DNA from: Vicugna vicugna
Lineage: Eukaryota
Direction of reading: 5' to 3'
DNA: 64,000 nt
Assembly: GCA_013265495.1 (NCBI GenBank)
Contig: MU058337.1
Span: 312,001-376,000 of the forward strand
Position numbers and translations under genes: made by a program. The notes beneath the pieces were generated by a model. That model ran no database searches and was not told the DNA's origin. It saw nothing but the letters and a program-made list of their open reading frames with translations. This document shows, one piece after another, positions 1 through 12,529 of this stretch. Each line of letters begins with the position of its first letter. The stretch's first letter is position 1.

Positions 1-2039
1 CTCTCCCTGCCGGGCTGCATCTCTGTCCCTACTGCAAGGATAGGTCTTCCTGGCATTCGCCCTTCTATCTGATTGCTCAATCGGCCTTCCTCATTTCACT
101 TTCAGTTTTTGTAAGAATTTCAATGGCATCTCAAAACACTCATGCACAAACGGGCCCCTTCAATCTACTGGTTGGAAGGAACTGGGGGTCTGACCCAGTG
201 CACTTCAGAGAACTTTGCAGATATGGAGGTGTTTGTTTAAGGGGCTCCCCCTCAGGGACTGGGAGGGAACTGGGTCCGCTTTGGGGCCATGTGGCTTTGC
301 AGAGAAGTAAGGAAGGGACATTAAAGTTCCTGCTGGCGTAATAAAAATAATTAATGTGAAGGTCAGATAAGCTAAGTCCTTTAGCAGTGAACTGTGCTTA
401 GCTGGAGAGATTTATGAACAGTCTTGAAGGAGGAAATAAAATGAAGTGTCCTCAAAGGAGGCACAGAAGTCCGCTGGGACTATTTGCCTCATTTTCTTCT
501 TCACAGTGTGATAAAAAGAAGGCGACTAAATGTTGGAGACCTACTTGGATTAGATGGTCTGCTCGTGGGAGCCTCTGCATGAGCGCTGATGCATCTCGAA
601 GGGCAATCTGCTCCATCTCCTTCCTTCTGAGACCCCTACAGGGGAGTCAGCCACCCAGGATGCCCAGTCCTGAGGAGTGGTCCCACCTCTGCTGTCCCCA
701 CTTCTGGGGCTCGGGCTGACTCTGTCTGGGGGGAATCGGCCTTATCTCAGCTCCCGATGCCCGAATCCTGCCACTAACTGCTCTTCCCTGAAGCAGCTTA
801 TCTGCGAGTCGCGCTAGGTTGACCCCGCCCCAGTCTAACGTGTATCCGGCACAGCCTGACTTGAGCCGGAGGGACTTGCGTCAAGTCTCCATTGTTGGAC
901 GCGGTGTGGTTGTGAGGACACCCATCCCACCTCGCCCGATGGCTGGCTCCTGGCCGGTGCCGGGGTTCCGGCCACCCTGACCCCAGCACGCACACATCAC
1001 TAAGGAGCTGCAGGCCAGCAAAGGGTCCTGAGCACCCACCAGGCCGGCCAGCACCGCCGCCCTGTGTGCTAAGACGGCCCTATCCCACCCACACTGCTCT
1101 GCTGCCCTCAGAGAGGAAGCTGCAGAAATAACCTGAGTGAGGGCACGGCCCCAGAGCCCGGTGCAAGTCCCGGCCCCCTCAGTCACCTTCCTGGGGCAAA
1201 CCCGCAGCGTCTCTCTGCCTCAGCATCCTCATCGGTTAGATGGGCGTTCACCGTCCCCGAGAACCGCGGTGAGGCTCACAGAAATGCAGGACAAGCTTCA
1301 GATGCTTGCATCTGTCACTCATTTCCATTTCCATTCATTCCACTCATTCACTATGTGAAATACATTTCATTCATTCATTTATTCAGTAAGTGAACTATTT
1401 TTCATTATTACAAACAGTACCGCCATAGACATCTCTGTCCCTGTCCCCCCATGACAGCTGCAGGGTTCCCAGGCACACACCTGCTGGAGAACAGGCGCGT
1501 GGTCACCTTGATCAGGTGCCTCCAAACTACCTCCGAGGGGTGCCTGATCTCCCATCTCACTAAGTATGATGTCACCAGACATTCCTTTTTACCTACTGGG
1601 ATGGTTATTTATTTTTTCCTTTGTATGTGTAAGTTCTAAGACCACTTTAGACTTTCAAAATCTTCTTTTAAAGTAAAAAACTGTTCGAATGATTACGTGG
1701 GTCCCCTGCCTGTTCTGTAATCTCTCGGGTGGAATTTTTCTTCTATAAGTGGGTGTGCAAACTCCTGTGTGTGGTACAAGCCTTTTGTCAGAGTCCTTGT
1801 TTCCAGACCCCTCAGGATGACACGTACCAGATGATATTTCAATTTTTAAAAAAGGATTCGTTTGGGGAAGACTGTCCAACCGAAAGTAAGTGAAACTTGC
1901 TCCGATGATACGTGTGTGTATATATTCACAGAGAAATAAAAGAATCCAAGATGGTGCTAGAAACCAGCTCGTTTCTTCGTTCAGCCTGGACATCTGCAGT
2001 CACTGCTTCTTTCTGTGAACAGACCTTCCACTTCTTCGT

Positions 2040-2322
2040 TTCTTAATTGTAGACTTCATTTCCGATGTTGCGTTAGTTTCTGGTGCACAGCACAGTGATT
2101 CGGTTATATGTGTACATACACACATATGCTTTTTCTGATTCTTTTCCATCATAGGTTACTACAGGACACTGAATGTGGTTCCCTGTGCTGTACAGTAGGA
2201 CCCTGTTTATCTGTTTTATATCGAGTAGTGTGTATCTGCTAATCACCAACTCCTAGTTTATCCCTTCCCCCCTTTCCCCTTTGGTGACCGTAAGTTTGTT
2301 TTCTGTGTCTGGGAGTCTCTCC
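2040..2322 (-). mobile_element. L1 3'UTR fragment, cetartiodactyl-type
   Basis: GTTAGTTTCTGGTGCACAGCACAGTGATTCGGTTATA...CCCTGTGCTGTACAGTAGGACC...CCCTTTGGTGACCGTAAGTTTG. It is a reverse-complement homolog of the copy at 61.8-62.07 kb. Confidence 0.85.
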
Positions 2323-5300
2323 TCTCCGTGTTCTGCTGTAAAAGCTCTACAGAGAAAGGAAATCGTTTGCTTTTGGGAATTACTTCTGCCTTCATTGCTC
2401 TACTGGGAGAGCGCTGAGCAGTCTGCCTGCCTGCGGCCACTTAGGAACAAGGAGCCGGGTTTGCATCAAGCAGGGGGCACCCCAAGCGGAGAGGGCTGGC
2501 ACTTCATCCATGAAAGGCCACAGGCCTTGCCGCCACCCCCGGCCACCACCACAGGCTTGTCTCCACCTCCCCTGCACAGTTCAGCACCTCTGAAGACAGG
2601 GAGAAAACCAAGCAGCATTTATGTGCCCTTGAATTTCTTATTAGAGGAACAAAAGGAAGTTATTCCTCCATAAATCAAAGATCCGTTTCCTGCAGAGGAA
2701 GTGGGTTGATGATAGATGTAACTGAAATTCTGTTCCACAAATGGCAGGTCCATGTGCATCGCCTAGCTGGCCACACTCCCGTGTCCTCAGGGCTGTGTCT
2801 GAGCCAGGTTCTCCGTCGGATTCAGCAACTTTTCATCCTCTTCCTTGTCTCCACTGGCGCGCTGAACATTCTGCAGCAGAGCTAAAACTGCCTTAATACA
2901 CAAAGTGAGCGCCGTGGTCGTCGTCCCGCCCACTCCGGAGAGGGCAGCTGGGAGCCTGTGGGGGTGCATCTGAAAGGAGTTTCTTTCAGTGATGAGTTCA
3001 TCTGATGGACTGAGGCACAGCATAAAGCAAACATCTGCTCTTTGACCACTGGTTTCTTATACCGACAAGCTCCAAAATAGTCAGAAAGCTGAACTTCTGG
3101 CTTAACAATCCTATGAAGAATTGGCTGGTTTGGGAAATCCCTCCTATATTCATTTCTCTGACCAAAAAAAAAAAAAAAAAAAGTGTCTTTCTTGAGGATT
3201 GGACTGTGCCAGCATGGAGACGACGGCTCTTCCAGCTTTGCAGATCTGCCTCAAAACAGCTAGGTAAAATTGGCGTCCGAAAGTGCTCAGAAATGGACAA
3301 TAGTTTGATGCAAATAACCATTCCCTTTCAGAAAAAAATCATGTCGTTTTCTGGTAGAAATATATACATGCAGTCAGTTGCTATTACAGTTACAGTGAAA
3401 CTTGATTTGGAAGGCCTAAGTGCCAGTCATTCTGTAATTTAACCATGAAGTAATGGTATGTTTTTTAAAATAGGCAACTCCGGTCATTTCTTATACAACA
3501 AATACTGGCAATGCTGATTTCTATTTCTTAGTTATTTCCAAAGAGAAGTGTGTATGAACTTGCTGGAGCTTACTTTTTGTCACTTTTGGGGAAAAAAATC
3601 CAGTTTTGTAAGAACTCAGACTCATTCGTGAATGAGTCATCAGTTTGTAGTGTGACTCGTTTCAGATTGAATGCTCTTGAACAAGTGTTCATTAAGTGTG
3701 TTTTTAAGAAATTTGTTCACTTCAATACTATTTTCAGCTAGAGTACAATTCAGTTTGTTATTCTTTCCTTTTATAATACTTACAAGAATATTTTCAACAA
3801 TTTTAAGATGAGTATGTGTCCATCAATGTGATCCTCTATTTTATATACACCAGTCAATTTTTCTATGTTACATGCCTGGCACCCAGAATACACACTGACA
3901 CACAGGGAACATTCAAGTAATACCTGGTCAGATTCAACCACCCCCAAAATACTGAAGAAATGACGACTTCTATCCATGCAGGAATTATCATTTATGCAAT
4001 TTTCTCTGTCTTCAAACACTTAATAAAGCAGAGCTTGTAAACCTTTTTAGTAATTTATTTGAACTTGTGCTTATTAAATGTGAGAAGTAAAACAATGTGG
4101 GTCGGGTGTACAGGCTCTGAAGTCAAGACACATCCGTACGCCACATTTGGTTTTACCCTCTTAACAGCCTCTTTCCTGCCCCAAACCTAGACCCTGATTT
4201 TGTTCAGACGTCCACCTTGGCGGCCTGCTGACCAGTTGCACACATACATCCTGCAGTGCGGACCTGGTGACTCCACCCGCATCCACAATGACGGCTGAAA
4301 GTAGACGGAGGAGAACAGTTTCTAACAATCAGATGTGGGGGAGCTCCTTGGGGGGCTCATGAGAAAGAGCCCATCATCTTTAAAGGGAAATATAAAAAAA
4401 GACACTCTTCCTGCTCTGTCGTGCATCCAGACAGGACGTCCTAGAATTGCTGGCTGCCCACCCACTGCTGTGCTGTCCGGGCCGACAGGTGCAGGGTAGA
4501 TCAGGGTCCCGAAGAAGACCGGGGTCTCTGGCTGTGCCCTCGGGCTGCTATGTGAACCCACTCCGTGCTCCCCCTTAGGGGGCTTCTTACGCTGGGTAAT
4601 ACTTTTTCCTTACCCTGCAAGCCAATTTGAGACAAAATTAGATGCTAATGCCCTCAAAGAAATCCTAACTAATTCTGCTGGCATGAGGATATGTTTATTC
4701 CTACAATCAAAGAACTTTGTATAGAACCGTTTCAAGTGTTCTTCCAGAATTTTCCCTAATGTCCACATTTTAAAACCTACAGTGCGAAGAGAGAAGGTTG
4801 GCACCCATCGCTAGAAAAACTAGTTTATTCATGAAGAAAGGTCTTATTCGTGAAGAAAGGTCTTCCTACTCTAAAGCTACCTTGTGGTAACTCCAGTAAT
4901 ACAGCAGAGTGAGGAAACCTGAGAAAACAGCATCTTTAAAAGTGCTGTTATGTGGTGGCGTGTTGAATGGATCTGTCTTTTCCATGTGGAACCAGAATAT
5001 ATTGTCACCTCTTTCAGAAAGGAAAATACAAAATCAGAATTGAGGGCTACTGCTTAAGGAAGGAATTACCTCCAATTAGAGGAAAATCAGGATATTCTAA
5101 GAGAAATGCAGGGCGAACCCCTCTCTCTCCTCCCTACAGGCTCGGACTCGGCCATCCTTCCTGAGCCAAACTGCAGAGAAACTGGAGGCAGATGGGTGTT
5201 AGCACGACCCTGGGCTCCGATAGCGCCCTAGACAGAAAAAAAAAGGGATCCAAGGCCCTTCCTCTCAGAGCAAGGCCTGACAATACTGAATCTGAGACTG

Positions 5301-7647
5301 GAGTCTCCGTGGGTCTCGGAATAAATGGGAGAGCAGAAGTCTGCGGACCCTGGGTGGGCTTTGCCATCAGCCCCGCGTGACTGTGCCGCGGTGCTTGACC
5401 TTGAGAGGACCTGAGGAACAAGGTGAGCGGGGTCAGTGCGCCGTCCCCGAGCTGGGAAAATGGAAGCAGACAAAGGGAACAGAAGTCTCCCCCAAATGAG
5501 AATGCCTCCTCAGGAGACTGTGCGCTTTCCTGCTGATACAAAGCCGGCCTCTCTGGATGGAGACGTTTTGACTTCCTACCAGATGAGCCCTTGAAGAAAA
5601 CTGATGAGACGCCTAGGAGAGGCGAGCAGGGCCACAGAGAGGAGAGGACACAGAAGTCCTCCTGCACAGACACCCAACAGAGGTGACGGTGGCAACTAGA
5701 ATCTTAAAAATTAATAGAAAATCCAGTTGCAGGAAACTTTCATAGAAACTAAAAAACATGCCCATAAATTTTCCAATTAAACTGCTTAATGGATGCACTG
5801 AGGGAAAGGACGGTGACTCCGGAGCTCTGAGTTACTGGCCTGCCGGCTTAAGTGCAAGGAAAACCTCAAAACACAGAGTAGAGACCTGACCCGTAAAACA
5901 CAGGAGACGTGAAGGGCAGGGGGTGCGGGTGGGGGAGGGGAGAACAGATTAAAAGATTTAAAAACCTGGAGAAGGAAAAAAAAAAAAAAAACACCTTTCT
6001 TAATCTATGAAAAACACAAAACTATAGTCTGAAAGGGCTCCCCCAGTGGAAATTCAGAAAAACAGACCCAAGCAAGACCTGATGAAATTCCTAAACGTAG
6101 CAAAAATGTGTGGGACACGTGGAAAATAAACACACTGAAGTTCCTGAGATGGATTTAAGTCTACTTTTACAAGGAAAATGACAGCTTCAACTGCGAATTA
6201 GAGAAAAGAATGGGAAAAGGTGAGTGGAGCATACAGTTCCCAAAGTCCTAAAAAATCAAAGACACAAAAGCAAATGAAGCTCAAAGACAAAGAAATATAA
6301 AAAGAAGAGAAGAAATTAAGAAAGTAGACAGCAAGCCAGTGCACAATAGAGAGGATAAAGAAATTTTGTTATGAGACGACGAATAAAACGAGTAATTTGG
6401 GGGAAGACAAACTGAACAAAAAAGTACAGATCTGCACCAACAAATGAAAGATGGGACATTTCTAGAGCTACTGCCGATGTTCAGGGGTAATAAAGGGGTA
6501 TTATGAATACAGTTTTGCAGCGGTAATAAGGGGAAATGCGAGTTTACATACATTTCCATTGTGGGCAAGAAAAATGAAACCATAAAGCAGGGATGCTGAG
6601 TGCCAGATGAAGGACAGCCACCATCCAGTCCTTCGTAACGTTCTAGGTGCCAGAACGAAAGAGAAACGGAAAACTCCTGCTTCACGGAGCTTAAGTTCTA
6701 CTGTGCAAGATCACCCATGTTGAAAATTTTGAGAGATATATGCAATGGCTTCTTACCTGGTTTTCCATTTCAATTTAAAGCTGTGGCACTTTTTTTTAGT
6801 TGTCTACTTGTGCTTTCTCCCTTCACTGCAGGAAAGGATAGCCAAAACTCACTTGTTTAGTTACTGCTGTCCTAGTGATTGGGAGACGGTTTTACTTCTC
6901 ATCTTTGTAACTGGCTTCATTCTACTTTTCTTGGATTTCCTTTGTTTTTCTCTGTTCTAACTTCTTCAGTTGAATGCTTAAGCATTCACTGACTTTCTTA
7001 TTTGATCTCAACACACAGACAATTAAATTTCCCATGACCATTGCTTAATGAAATTCAATCCTATTTGATATGCAATGTTTTTATCATCAGCACTTTAAAG
7101 AAAACCTGACACTTTGGTTTGGATTTTTAGTTCAACTCAAAAGTTATTTTGAGAGATAGTTGTTAATTTGTTTTAGTTTTCAACCATTCTTCCCATTTCC
7201 TTACTAATTTCTACTTACTGTGTTATACTTTTTTTTTTTTACTATGACTGTTTATAAAGTTTAGTTAGAGTTTCTGTGGATTAATATTGTCATTTGGGTG
7301 AATATTACACAGGTATTGAAAATAAGATACATCCTAATTAGTTTTATTATTTAAGCCTGCATATCCTTGTTTTTGAATACGGTCTGTCACAGACCAGCAG
7401 AGATCAACTAAAGTCTCCTACAACTAGTGTTTTGTCTGCATAGTCCCCATTATTTCTCCTACGGTTGTAACTTTATGATTATTGATGCTGTATTATTGAT
7501 CACTATATTATTTAGTACAAGGATATTCAAAAAGAGGAAAAGATACTCATATCTATGAAAAAGATTTTTTTCCCCAAAAGTACAAGAAGGCTTACAAAAT
7601 TTAATCAGCATTAACAAGTCAAAGCAGTAGTTTTTTTTTTTTACTGC

Positions 7648-8135
7648 TGTGATGGATGGTTTGCAAAGACTGTGAGAACAACCGTCTGCAGGAAGCCCGC
7701 TTGCAGGGGACTTGGCAGCTCGTCCTCTCAGAGGCTCCCCATGTTCTCACCCCTGGACCTGAGCTGACCTTGTGCGCTGCTTTGATCAGTAGGATACGGC
7801 TGATGTAGCCGAGTTCTGGTTTCCACTCTCTGGGACTGCTACCCTGAGACCACCATGTAAGAACGTCAGTGGGGGATGAGGAGGCACACGGAGAAGCACC
7901 AAACTGTCCCAGCCACGAGCCAGCATCTGCTGCGAAATGTGAGCGTGAAGCCGTCTTGAACATTCCAGCCCAGCGTGGCTGCCAGGAACGTGCAGCCACA
8001 AGAGAGAACTGAGGTGGGACCCGCAGAAGAACCCCCCAGAAAACCTACAGAATCACAAAGGCAATAATAAATCATCACTTTTAAAAGCCACACATTAGGG
8101 TGGTTTGTTACTTAGCAACAGGTAACTGAAATATC
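7648..8135 (+). mobile_element. MaLR solo LTR (old MLT1 type)
   Basis: Typical MLT1 3' end AATAAATCATCACTTTTAAAAGCCAC...GGGTGGTTTGTTACTTAGCAACAGGTAACTGAAATA. Confidence 0.7.
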
Positions 8136-9558
8136 ACATTCATTGATTATAATTAATCAAAATAGAAATCATTACAAAAAGCCAAAGAGTTCACTGAACT
8201 TGGAGTAGAATTAATGCTAAACTATTTTCATCGTAGCAATTCTCATCCTCTAATAAAATACACTAGTTTCTAAAAAGTCCATCCAACTCCATCTCTGTAA
8301 GATGTATTTCCAATAAAACTTTACTTTTGTGTTTAATACTTATTCATAAATATTTGAAATATATTTGTTTTGATTCATTGGAAAAATAAAACAGTTTTAT
8401 CATGACAGAAAAAAAAAAGCCAGAGTTGTTTACTTGAAAATGTAAAAATACATTCACAAACTTTAAAGCAGAGAGGTATGCAACACTGAAGTTAGGAACT
8501 ACACAGAAAGTGATGAGAAGGAAAGCAATTTATATCCTAAAGCAGCAAAGGCAACATTTATTAATAAAATTATAGCACTGAAAACAAAGATGTAGTCAAA
8601 ACACGATATTCATAGAAATCAAATGTGCATCTGAAGAAATTAGAGAATGAATAAAATAAGGCAAAATAAACCAGGAAATGAAAGTCAGTAAAGGTAACAA
8701 GCATTGATGATGAAATTGTTAATTACATTTTACCAGTTCGAACGTGAGTAGAGGGTCCCCTTTCAAAAATGTGAAATAATGAAACATACACATTTCAACT
8801 CAACAGTGTTACTGCTGAGAATCTGTCCATGGGAGAAGAAAACAGCAGAAAAATACAAGTGTATATAAGATTTTAAGCAAAGTTAAGTTCCATGATGTTT
8901 AGCCCTCTATTGGAAGCCTGTGACTTCTCTTCTTGTGTTCCCCTGCTGCTCAAAATACAAAGCTGAAGACTCTTAATCTCACATTGTTTTATTACCAAGT
9001 CTGACTGCCCAACAAAAATACTATCTAACTTTACAGGAAAATTAAAAAAGCTGACAATCATGCAGAGTCATAAAACATGTCTAATATGTTAGAATTTATA
9101 AACTTTATTTATTGTTAATTATGTCTGAATTTACTGCATTTGAAATGAATTTGCTGATTTTTGTCTATTTCTTTTAAATACAAGCCTTTGTTCTACCACT
9201 ATTACAAGAAAAAAGAGGGTGATTTCCAGAATTTTAACCAAAAGCGTAATCTGTTATCTGACAGCTACAGCTGTTTACATATTTTAAACTGAATAATGAG
9301 CTTCCAAAAGTTTCAAAAACTAAACACGATCAGACCTATGTTGGTATTTCCACACTCAAGAGAAGCAATCTAGCTGCAGTCCAAAATTCATGTGAAATTT
9401 TCACTATCGCTTATCAACCAGCAAGGCTAGTAATAATTAACCAAGGATAACAAGTCAAATAAAATAAAGTATAAACTGGACTCTGCTGGTGACTATTAAA
9501 ATCCTTCACCACTTCAGAAGACTAATCTTAAATCATTAACTGTAGACTTTTTTGACTT

Positions 9559-9941
9559 TAATTGAGGTGAAATTGGCATATAACATTGTATTAGTTTCAG
9601 GTGTACAGCATGACTCACTCTTTGTGTACACTACAAGGTGATCACCACAGTAAGTCCAGTTACCATCTGTTACTGTACAATTGGTTCCCTTCACCCATTT
9701 CACCCACCCCTGAAGCCCCTTCCCCCCTGATAACTACCCATCTATTCTCTGTATTTATGAGTTTATTTGTTTGTCTGCCTGTTTTTTATATTCCACATGT
9801 AAGTGAAATCATACAGTATTTGTCTTTCTCTGTCTGACTTACTTCACTTAGCATCATAACCCCAAAGTCCACCCATGTTGTCACAGATGTCAAGATTTCC
9901 TCCTTTTTCATGGCCGGGTAGTATTCTATTGTAGATATACC
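9559..9941 (-). mobile_element. 5'-truncated L1 3' end (L1MA9-like / laurasiatherian)
   Basis: ATTCCACATGTAAGTGAAATCATACAGTATTTGTCTTTCTCTGTCTGACTTACTTCACTTAGCAT. Flanked by the exact 13-bp direct repeat ACTTTTTTGACTT (9546-9558, 9942-9954). Confidence 0.88.
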
Positions 9942-10389
9942 ACTTTTTTGACTTCTAGAAAAACTGCATTAAAATATACATAATATAAAATTTACCACCT
10001 TACCCTTTATATTATATATTATGTATTATAATTATAAATTATATATGTAATCAAGAATTAAGAATTTAGGCTAGTTTATTTAAATGTAGTTTCTACTTAT
10101 GGGACATATATACAAACACTTCAACTATTTTGTCCTATTTCCCATTATTTCAGCATTCTTCCATACCAGCAGCTTGTCTTAGGCTTACAGTATACTGGAT
10201 TTCTGGTAATTTAATTTGCTACACTTCAGTATGGTAAATGTGATATATGTGAATCAATCAGAATTAATTAAGACTGGCTAATTATTGCAAAGAGTTACTC
10301 CGTCCATATTAAATCTGAGGTTTTGTTAGGAACATAAAGATTGTCAGAAATTATCTTTAATTGGCAAAACCAGTGGAAGACAAGATACT

Positions 10390-10788
10390 TGTTAGTGAGG
10401 AGGGGCAGGACAGGACCCACATCCTTCACACTCACAAGGACAAGAAGCTGGCCAGCCCAGCCATCCGTGGTGCCCTGCAAGTATGTATGCTGGTAAGCTG
10501 GTCTGTCCCCATTTCAGGAGAAACCCTGCTTTTTGAGCTGCTGATCCACAAAGCATGCTGACGCTGTCTCAAAAACAGTATCAAGTAACACCGCGTGACC
10601 CACTGATACGGGTGTTAGATGCACCCGAGGGCAGAGAAAGCCCCTCTCCCCCTCTATCCCATGTGGCCATGCCGGTTGCTAATTAAGAGTCTGTGCCGGA
10701 AGAGGAATTCAGTCTGAGACTTGCTCTCATCGGAACAGCTGCGTGGCTGCCAGGCAAAGGAGGCGGGGCTCACAGGCTGACTCTAACA
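10390..10788. mobile_element. Probable solo LTR (ERVL-like, family not determined)
   Basis: A GC-richer 400-bp block in AT-rich DNA, bounded by inverted termini TGTTAG...CTAACA. No TSD recognised. Confidence 0.45.
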
Positions 10789-12529
10789 TCGAGAGAATAT
10801 AGATATTCACAGATAGTTGCTACAGCTGATGACCTAGCAAATAAACTCTACATATGTCAAATCTGAAGTTCAAACTAAGCTCTGGGTTTTTCCAATTAAG
10901 TTTTGATTCATAAAATTTTAACAGTAGGAAAATACTTCTCTGATATTTTAAAAATACCCCTGAACACATTAAGTGGGAAATGCATGGTGAAGAAAATGGT
11001 GTATAGAATGCTGCTACTTCTCCAGGCTGAAGTCAGTGGAGGTAGACGGACAGACAGAGACGATGGACAGAGAAACAGATAGAGGTGGATGGCGGATACA
11101 TGGAATATTTCATAGAGATATATGTGTGTATACATGTATGTGTATATATAATGAGTGTTGTTTGAATTGCAGTTTACAACTGAAATAGTTTAAATAACAT
11201 TTCTTTATTTCAGGCAAATTTACAAGCTGGCCCACAATGCTCTGACACCGCACATGTCACTAGAAAAGATATCTTCCGTGAACTAGAGGAGGGGAAAGTC
11301 ACTGAAGCAATCATACACAAAAATACTCTATTTTATCTTTTCAGTGTTAAGTACAGGAAAACCCACACTTTGGTCCAAAGTTCCTTTTTATTAAAAATTA
11401 TCTCACTGATACTTTGTCAATAGAATGCATGCTAATTATGAGCTAATTCTGAGTTCTATACCTGGTGAGCTGCTCCTCCCTTCGCCCCTCCAGGATTCTT
11501 TCCCTGTTGTGTGATTAATATTAACAACTTAATGTCTGCATTGTGTATATGATATGAACAGTCAGATAGCAGATACAAACAAATTTTACACCAGCATCTC
11601 TCTTTTTCTCAATACACATACATATCTACACACACAGCTAATATTATATTTATATATGTGCTTTCTAATGGGCTAACACCGGTCACATTGCACTGCACCA
11701 GATTTTCTTCAAAACAATATATCATGGCTATTTTTTCAGATCAGAAGGATAGAATTAATTCCTTTCATAATTTATTTTATTCTTTCCCATGGATGGGGTT
11801 TCAAGCTGTTTGCAAGGTTTTTGTTTGTTTGCGTGTTTGCTTTGCCTACTAAAAAAACAATGCCACGTTAAAATTTAATTTCACATGTGCCCTCGTCTAA
11901 TTATGTTTTTAGAATAGACTTCCCAAAGTGAAAACACTGAGTGAAAAGGGCTGAAACAAATCTTAATGTTTAATAGATGGTCAATTTGGCCTCCGAAATG
12001 CAACAAGTCACAACCCCGCCAGCACTACTTCCTTGCACTGCAGCCGGCATAGGATTTTGCCAGTCATTTAACTTTTGCTCCAGTTAACCCTGAAAGAGAA
12101 AACAGTGTATTGTTCATACACTGACACCAAATCAAGCTGTTATCACAGCTACCTCCAGGTGTAGTGTCCTGATTCTACACTGATTTTACTAAAAAACTCA
12201 ATTCTTATCATTTTAAAACACAATCACCAACAAATCCTCCCAGAACTCATATAATCTGAATAAACTTGTACTACAGATGCCCATTGTGTCCTTCCCTGTA
12301 TCACACCCCCTTCCTGGACAGCCCGCCCCACGAACAGCCCAATAACTGAGCAGCGGAGCTGAGGGCATCTTTGGTGACACCAATTATGGGCTAAATCCAA
12401 GCAGAGCAGAAGCTGATCTAAGAGAGAGTGCAGATATGAGACCATGTGACTCCAGAACAAGCCAGAGAGACGCTTCATTCACTCAATCTTTAATCAAATG
12501 ATCATGGCATGGTCTGCTTCCATTGGCAT

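Noticed and set aside
4960..6420. 179-aa ORF (5134-5673) and adjacent purine-rich tract
   Set aside because: No recognisable protein. The region looks like a decayed L1/HAL1 5' or ORF1 segment, but I could not assign it confidently.
1..12500. Search for TNFSF13B (BAFF) coding exons expected by synteny
   Set aside because: No BAFF-like peptide (N-terminal MDDS, TM segment, TNF homology domain) seen in the ORF track or by eye. The gene probably starts left of the window; short or non-coding exons cannot be excluded.
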